In this document: one piece after another, positions 58,692-64,000 of the stretch
Layout: every line of letters begins with the position of its first letter
How positions within the stretch are numbered: the stretch's first letter is position 1
DNA from: Sphingobacterium sp.
GTDB lineage: Bacteria; Bacteroidota; Bacteroidia; Sphingobacteriales; Sphingobacteriaceae
Reading direction: 5' to 3'
Assembly: GCA_040392285.1 (NCBI GenBank)
Contig: JBEBWF010000008.1
Coordinates: 15,962-79,961, forward strand
DNA: 64,000 nt
The notes under the pieces: generated by a model
Told to the model about the DNA's origin: nothing
Databases searched by the model: none
What the model saw: the letters and a program-made list of their open reading frames with translations, nothing else
Made by a program: the position numbers and the translations under genes

Positions 58692-59609
58692 ATGAAACAA
58701 CTCCGTCACATAGACATCCTGACTATATTGGTCATCACCATCTGGGGTATACTCCGGAGGGAGGTGACCGTATTCTATATCATTTACCTATTCTGGTTTC
58801 AGGAAGCCATCCGGACATTGGTTGACTTCATTTATCTGTTGTTGCACAAAAAAACCTTAGCAGATAGAAAACTGCTCCTTGCGCAGACGTTCGGCGCAGG
58901 TTTTCTGCTGTTTATCTATCTGGTATTTATCGTCTTGCTGTTCGGTTTTATGCTGAATTGGGAACAATCTGAGCTCCTTGGCGCAAATGCGCGGATGCTT
59001 TTCTTCCAAAACACGTTTTTTAACGTCAATATCCTACTGTTTCTAATAGAATACACCTATTTCCGCATTAAAGTGGAGGACAATAATCTGCAAATCCAGA
59101 CCTTCAACCGCCGCCATATCATCCTGCATATTTCCATTATCGTAGGTGCATTCATCCAGCTCGTCGTTGTGCAGCATTATGATATGACAGGCCTGTGGGG
59201 TTCCGTGGCGGTGATTGCCCCTTTTTTGTTGCTGAAAATATGGATTGACAAATCGGAAAATAATCGCCACGAAGTCACAAATAAAACCTTAGTGCCTTGG
59301 GGAATTAATGCTGAAAGAAATCGAACAAGAAATAAAAAAATGAAAATAACAAAAAACGACATGCTGTTTACGCTCGCACTTGTATTTGCCCTATGGTTTA
59401 CCACTACGGGTATTTTCTGGGTGTATTGGACGGCATTGTTCGTGGCCTATCCCTTTGGTATCGCTTCACTTTTTATCTGGCAGAATATCAGGAAAGACGG
59501 GAGGAAAAGAAATGCCATAATTCCAGTCATACTCATTGCAGGCTTGTTGCTTTCATTGGGGATGCTGTTGCCCTCGCTCATAAACAGGTTAGGAATAGAC
59601 TGTTGTTGA
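58692..59609 (+). CDS. Polytopic membrane protein, unknown function
   Basis: About 8 hydrophobic segments. The ATG at 58692 (MKQLRHIDIL) is preferred over the TTG at 58617. A basic linker and an internal ATG at 59340 split it into two hydrophobic blocks. Confidence 0.6.
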   Translation: MKQLRHIDILTILVITIWGILRREVTVFYIIYLFWFQEAIRTLVDFIYLLLHKKTLADRKLLLAQTFGAGFLLFIYLVFIVLLFGFMLNWEQSELLGANARMLFFQNTFFNVNILLFLIEYTYFRIKVEDNNLQIQTFNRRHIILHISIIVGAFIQLVVVQHYDMTGLWGSVAVIAPFLLLKIWIDKSENNRHEVTNKTLVPWGINAERNRTRNKKMKITKNDMLFTLALVFALWFTTTGIFWVYWTALFVAYPFGIASLFIWQNIRKDGRKRNAIIPVILIAGLLLSLGMLLPSLINRLGIDCC

Positions 59610-59633
59610 TATGGATAACTAACTTTTGGCACA

Positions 59634-60590
59634 ATGAAGAAAATAATCTATTTCACATGTTATCTGTTGGCACTGTCCAATATAGGGTATGCACAGCAGA
59701 CCGCTGGAGATTGGTACCGCAAAGCACAGGAAGCAAGAACTGCGGGAGACCACAGCAATATGCTGCACTATCTGAACGAAGCCGTAACACTTGGCCATAC
59801 CGATGCGACGAACAGTCTCGGCTATCTGTACCACAAAGGCAAAGTAGTGCCGGAAGACTTGGGCAAAGCTATGGAGCTATACAATATGGCCGCCAAAAAA
59901 GGCAATCCCGACGCACAGTTCAACCTATCGCTACTCTATAAGTACGGAATGGGCACTGCCGAAAATCCCGAAAAAGCATTTTACTGGCAACATCTGGCTG
60001 CCCAAAACGGTATTACCGAGGCTATGTCCAATCTAGGCGAAGATTATTACAGCGGCTACGGAACGACACCCAACGACAGCCTTGCATTTTTATGGATGTC
60101 CCGGGCTGTCTCCCATGACCTGAGAGGAGCTTACAGCAAACTTGGTTTTTTCTATCAATACGGTATAGGTACACCTATCTCGATAGACAGTGCCATCAGC
60201 TATTACCAAAAAGGTATAGCTAAAGACGACCATTATGCGATGCAAAATCTCGCCAACCTGTACTACACAGGTTCAGGTGTGGCAAAAGATGCGGAAAGAG
60301 CTTTGCACTATTACAGCCTTGCCGCCGACAAAGGTAATATCGACTGCGTATATTATAAAGCGACGATGTTATACGATGGTCTCGGTACAGTAAAGGATAT
60401 ACCAGGAGCATTCCGACTGTATCACAAAGCCGCATCGGCAGGACAAGTCGGAGCTATGTACGAAATAGGGATGGCCTATTACAACGGGGATGGCGTGGAT
60501 CAGAATCGAACGGAAGCCCTATACTGGCTCCGCAAAGCCGCAAAAGCCGGACATCAAAAAGCCATCACTTTTGTGGGGAAAGAGGATTAA
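59634..60590 (+). CDS. Secreted Sel1-like (SLR) tetratricopeptide repeat protein
   Basis: A signal peptide is present. There are about 7 Sel1 repeats, for example A..LG.LY..G.GV..D..KA...Y..AA..G...A. 318 aa. Confidence 0.85.
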   Translation: MKKIIYFTCYLLALSNIGYAQQTAGDWYRKAQEARTAGDHSNMLHYLNEAVTLGHTDATNSLGYLYHKGKVVPEDLGKAMELYNMAAKKGNPDAQFNLSLLYKYGMGTAENPEKAFYWQHLAAQNGITEAMSNLGEDYYSGYGTTPNDSLAFLWMSRAVSHDLRGAYSKLGFFYQYGIGTPISIDSAISYYQKGIAKDDHYAMQNLANLYYTGSGVAKDAERALHYYSLAADKGNIDCVYYKATMLYDGLGTVKDIPGAFRLYHKAASAGQVGAMYEIGMAYYNGDGVDQNRTEALYWLRKAAKAGHQKAITFVGKED

Positions 60591-60594
60591 AGAA

Positions 60595-60627
60595 TTTGGA
60601 AATGATTGTTTAAAGTTACTGACAACT
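60595..60627 (+). repeat. Intergenic motif copy 2: TTTGGAAATGATTGTTTAAAGTTACTGACAACT
   Basis: It begins 4 nt after the stop of the Sel1 gene. See copy 1. Confidence 0.85.
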
Positions 60628-60735
60628 AACCACTAATAACTAACAACGATGAAAACAAAAACTACTATATTGACCGCAAAGGCGAAAAAATTAAATAGAA
60701 AAGCGATTCCATAAAAAACTGGACGACCTGTAAAA

Positions 60736-61326
60736 ATGAACCATTCGGAAACATACCATTCACAAGCCTACAACCTGCGGGATCTGCTGACATCGGCTAC
60801 ATGGGAATTACATACGGACCATTTCCTCCGCACCTCGAAGAGACATATCACAGCGCAATTTCCCTATTCTCGGATAGATGCCATACGCCTGTGCTTCCAC
60901 ATGGGCGGCAGAGGTTCTGCCGCAAAATTCTGCTGTTATTTTTCCATAAACGGTCATTGGAACAATAAACAGATGCTGAGCAGTGCCAACAGCGACACCA
61001 AAACCGAAGATTATAAGACGTACCGCAACTTTGTTGTCGAATTTATCCGTCGGATCAAACAGAGCAATCCTGCAGTTCGGCTCATTATCGGACATAGCCA
61101 GACTTCCTGGTTGTTTTATCTGGCTACTGTTGTCTTTTTGTTGTGTGTGCCTATTTTTACCTACAGGCAACATATCTCAAGCGGTAAAGAAAGTTTCTGG
61201 ATCGGTCTGGTTTTATTGCTGCTGAGTAGTCCATTGGTGGCAAGCTTGGTTAAGTATTTTCCCAAAGCGCTCCAATGGGGGGAGACTATCCCCGAAAGCG
61301 TATTACCGACTCCAAAAACACCGTAA
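60736..61326 (+). CDS. Hypothetical membrane protein (soluble N-domain plus 2 C-terminal TM segments)
   Basis: 196-aa ORF. Hydrophobic segments are WLFYLATVVFLLCVPIF and FWIGLVLLLLSSPLVASLV. I recognise no family. Confidence 0.5.
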   Translation: MNHSETYHSQAYNLRDLLTSATWELHTDHFLRTSKRHITAQFPYSRIDAIRLCFHMGGRGSAAKFCCYFSINGHWNNKQMLSSANSDTKTEDYKTYRNFVVEFIRRIKQSNPAVRLIIGHSQTSWLFYLATVVFLLCVPIFTYRQHISSGKESFWIGLVLLLLSSPLVASLVKYFPKALQWGETIPESVLPTPKTP

Positions 61327-61327
61327 T

Positions 61328-61810
61328 ATGAAAAAAAGAACCAAACAAAAGTACGCTGTAGCCTATATCAACCGACGGACGCCAACATTGTATATGGTAA
61401 CCCTCATCACCGTAGCATTGTCCATATTCACTTTTTATATGATCTTCTTCGATCTGGACAATTTCTTTATAGAATACTCTTCCAAGCTGTCCGGTATCTT
61501 TTGGATGATCTACTTTGTGATTTTCGGCAACATCCTATTGATATGCATGTTATGGTTGAGCGGTCGCTACATCCTGAAAATTGAAGAAGCAGAAGAAGGA
61601 TTTGTATATATAAAAACATGGTCCATTATCGGTCTGCACCGGACAAAAAGATACCCCAAAGCAATCACCACCTCCGGCACTTATTACCACGGCAGAGCGA
61701 ATCTGCCCAGCACCCCCGTAGTCAATGCCCCTTTTTCGGTCTTGCGTACCCCGAGCGGAAAAAGATTGATATTGGATGAAGCCGGAGGCAGCATACCAAA
61801 AACCATCTGA
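61328..61810 (+). CDS. Hypothetical membrane protein (2 N-terminal TM segments)
   Basis: 160-aa ORF that starts 1 nt after the previous stop. TM segments are LYMVTLITVALSIFTFYMIFF and IFWMIYFVIFGNILLICMLWL. Confidence 0.5.
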   Translation: MKKRTKQKYAVAYINRRTPTLYMVTLITVALSIFTFYMIFFDLDNFFIEYSSKLSGIFWMIYFVIFGNILLICMLWLSGRYILKIEEAEEGFVYIKTWSIIGLHRTKRYPKAITTSGTYYHGRANLPSTPVVNAPFSVLRTPSGKRLILDEAGGSIPKTI

Positions 61811-61846
61811 TTTTCCGACAATGCTATAAAACACAACGAGACTGTC

Positions 61847-61880
61847 TCTTCTATTTTTGAGACAGTCTCGGTTGAAGTCT
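61847..61880. terminator. Perfect 12-bp inverted repeat, putative bidirectional terminator
   Basis: CGAGACTGTCTC (loop TTCTATTTTT) GAGACAGTCTCG lies between convergent genes ending at 61810 (+) and 61933 (-). Confidence 0.7.
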
Positions 61881-61932
61881 GAAGAATTTCTTCAACGGAG
61901 TCTTCAATTACATGCCTTATACCGTCATGCAG

Positions 61933-63051
61933 CTATTCTCCATAAAAGTTGATATCGCCATAAACTGCATAGGCATTAGTTGCTCCACGGACAAAATCAA
62001 CACGCACGTAACGCGCTGTATGGGTCTTCGGCAATAGATACAATTGCTCACCATCTATGGTCCGATTAAATTCCTTTACAAAGACGGGATTAGGATCTGC
62101 CTGTGCTGCATTTTTATACATATAGGGTGTAGTGTACACAACACCATCCTCACTAAAAGAAATATTGATATCCCAGGAAGAGTTTTCTCCATCTCCCCAT
62201 TTTCTGTGAATCGTTAGCGCGGAAAACCGGCGTATTCGATTAAAATCTACAATCACATGTTGTCCTGTCGGCGCCCCGCTAACGGTCACATATTGACTTG
62301 AGCGCCAATAGGTGGAGGGGTCATTGTCCAAGAGATCTATTGCAGATAGCCCACTTTGCGTAGAGGAAGCCGTAATGTTCCAATTATCATTCTTTAATTT
62401 GGAAAAACCTGCCAAAGGAGTAACGGCAAACGTCTTTACACTGGTACTAAATGCATCTGCATATAAAACATCGGCCGTAAATGTATACACTCGGTTCAGA
62501 TCCAAGCCCCGCAATGAATATTCCTGCCTTAAACTATTGGCATTTATTTCCAATTCCTGATCATCATATCTCAAACGGATAACTGCCGGAATAGCCTGTG
62601 GATTTTCCCAGAGTACACGCACCCCTCCATCGCCACCGTTGATCACAATGCTATTCAGCATATCTAACAATTCATCTTCTGGGTCTGATGGAGCAATTTT
62701 CCGACTCTTTACGCTTTGTTCCCGTGCAACCTTACTGTTTGTAGAAGAAAAAGCTTGTATGTAAAACTTATAAACCTCCGTATCCGGCAACATAATCTCC
62801 ACCGAACTACTTCTTTCATTCACCGCTTCCGTAATCGTAATCTTTTCTCCTTCTATTGTATACGAAATCTCTACTTTGTCGTACAGCCGATCATCTGGAT
62901 TTTCCCAAGACAACAGAACACCTTCTGCGTCTGAGGTGGCGATCAGCTTCTCTACCCCTGGAATAGATGTATCTACGACCATAACCTCTTCATCTTTACA
63001 CGCTCCGAGAACGAGAATCGTGAACAAAAAAACTACTATATATTTTTTCAT
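61933..63051 (-). CDS. Surface lipoprotein with Fn3-like repeats and a C-terminal F5/8 type C (discoidin) domain, PUL-associated type
   Basis: A lipobox (LVLGACKDEE) is present. Two LSWENP / VLWENP Fn3-like modules are present. The C-terminal discoidin-like region is NWNITASS...LLDNDPSTYWRS. Confidence 0.8.
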   Translation of the reverse strand: MKKYIVVFLFTILVLGACKDEEVMVVDTSIPGVEKLIATSDAEGVLLSWENPDDRLYDKVEISYTIEGEKITITEAVNERSSSVEIMLPDTEVYKFYIQAFSSTNSKVAREQSVKSRKIAPSDPEDELLDMLNSIVINGGDGGVRVLWENPQAIPAVIRLRYDDQELEINANSLRQEYSLRGLDLNRVYTFTADVLYADAFSTSVKTFAVTPLAGFSKLKNDNWNITASSTQSGLSAIDLLDNDPSTYWRSSQYVTVSGAPTGQHVIVDFNRIRRFSALTIHRKWGDGENSSWDINISFSEDGVVYTTPYMYKNAAQADPNPVFVKEFNRTIDGEQLYLLPKTHTARYVRVDFVRGATNAYAVYGDINFYGE

Positions 63052-63056
63052 AATAA

Positions 63057-64000
63057 CTAGTCAATTTTAATAAACTGAACTTTCATACTCTTGATATCCA
63101 ATATAATCTGATATCGACCTGTTTCTCCAGGCTGTACACGCCATTTCCAGTCCGGACTATTGCCAGCTGCTAGAACATCTAAATCCGTTTGAATAGACGC
63201 TTCTGCTTTCCATGGCCTCAACTGCAATGTCGCCGCTGAAAAATTTGCCTCCGTCGAAAACTTAAATTCCCCACCTGTCGTACCCACCACTTGTGTCAAG
63301 AATAAGGTGATCATACCTATATTGGGGCTGTACACATCCCATTCCAAAGGAAAGGGAGCTCCTGCAAAAGAACCAGCCGGGGTAGCTCCTCCTCCTATAT
63401 AGATATTCAAATAAGGAACTTCCTGTATATCGATTCTTTGGTTGATCCGATCCAACACAATTGCATAAAAACCTGCCTCATCTATCGTAAAATCTTCACC
63501 GGATTGATCCTCAGAATCCATAAGTACAATACCATCTCCATCTCCTTTACCATATGCCGGATAAGGCTGATCCATGATTGTCGCTATCTTGAACGAACCC
63601 GGATTCAATTTACCACGCCAAGAATAGATCTCTCCAGCCACGACCTCCCTCATCTCGATCATGTTAGCTCCTTCGGTTGCATTGCCATAGATAAATATAG
63701 AACTAGACTCAATATGGTATGGAGTCACCGATACAGGGCGTGTCGAATACAAAGGTTTGATAAACTTTTCTTCCGAGCTTACTTGTGCAATAACCCGAAC
63801 ACTGATTGATACTGCATCGGATTCGATTCTTTTCCAATGGCTACGGATCAATTTCTCCAGTTCATCATGAGTATACGTCTTGAAATACACTCCTTCCGGC
63901 ATCTCGATAGCTGGAATGGCGGTTGTAAAATCATTCTCCGTTACATCCATTTTGAACAAGTATTTGACCGGATAATGTGCCTCTATCTCTTTCAGTGGCT
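63057..64000 (-). CDS. SusE/SusF-like surface glycan-binding protein, partial (N-terminus beyond window edge)
   Basis: The reading frame stays open upstream of the ATG at 63959 to the window end, so the gene is probably truncated by the window. It sits 5 nt upstream of the discoidin lipoprotein gene, as in PUL accessory genes. The family call is weak. Confidence 0.45.
   Translation of the reverse strand, partial: PLKEIEAHYPVKYLFKMDVTENDFTTAIPAIEMPEGVYFKTYTHDELEKLIRSHWKRIESDAVSISVRVIAQVSSEEKFIKPLYSTRPVSVTPYHIESSSIFIYGNATEGANMIEMREVVAGEIYSWRGKLNPGSFKIATIMDQPYPAYGKGDGDGIVLMDSEDQSGEDFTIDEAGFYAIVLDRINQRIDIQEVPYLNIYIGGGATPAGSFAGAPFPLEWDVYSPNIGMITLFLTQVVGTTGGEFKFSTEANFSAATLQLRPWKAEASIQTDLDVLAAGNSPDWKWRVQPGETGRYQIILDIKSMKVQFIKID

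Noticed and set aside
59393-59941. 182-aa plus-strand ORF bridging the membrane-protein and Sel1 genes in another frame
   Set aside because: It overlaps two better-supported frames (TM-rich and Sel1 repeats). It is Arg/Ser-rich and low-complexity, and it starts inside the upstream gene.
52640-61900. Calling the orphan cluster a bona fide genomic island or mobile element
   Set aside because: No integrase, transposase, tRNA target or flanking direct repeats are visible. My impression of elevated GC rests on a few hand-counted 60-nt lines, and other core genes reach similar values. I report it only as a hypothesis to be computed.
63957-63959. ATG at 63959 as the true start of the SusE-like gene
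   Set aside because: The frame remains open upstream to the window edge (…PLKEIEAHYPVKYLFKMD…). The ORF-track start is therefore probably internal and the gene is truncated by the window.

Overview
64 kb that looks like a Bacteroidota chromosome, probably Sphingobacteriia-like. That placement is an inference from TAnnTTTG promoter boxes, a SusE/discoidin PUL tail, and GH3-family and DUF1080 proteins. I count 57 credible protein genes, densely packed. I saw no rRNA, tRNA, CRISPR array, transposase or integrase. Most of the window is housekeeping: polyprenyl synthase, recJ, lptB, ilvE, mutS, mtgA, cysS, der, rplY-pth, gltA, dapD, tsaC and folP. There is also a hexuronate operon (uxaB-uxaA-uxaC with a LacI regulator) and a K+/H+ antiporter pair. 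A HEAT/2xDUF1080 giant sits next to a TAT-exported Gfo/Idh/MocA oxidoreductase. Accessory content worth a second look: (1) an ECF sigma/anti-sigma pair head-to-head with a PKD/beta-barrel protein and a TPR-CHAT caspase-like protease (9.5-15.5 kb); (2) a 12-unit, 42-nt-period array of hairpin-bearing degenerate repeats ending about 40 nt upstream of a Gp49/RelE-XRE toxin-antitoxin pair (17.6-18.8 kb); (3) two more type II TA modules (PIN/Phd-like and RES/Xre) flanking mtgA; (4) a 14-nt satellite with a 70-nt higher-order duplication between der and cysS; (5) a 9-kb co-directional cluster of eight uncharacterised secreted or membrane proteins. The cluster includes beta-propeller-like, MORN plus CxxCxGxG, and Sel1-repeat proteins. 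It lies divergent from a membrane-anchored AraC regulator and contains a 32-33 nt intergenic motif repeated at two cassette junctions (52.9-61.9 kb). All functional calls come from motif recognition by eye. No database search was run.
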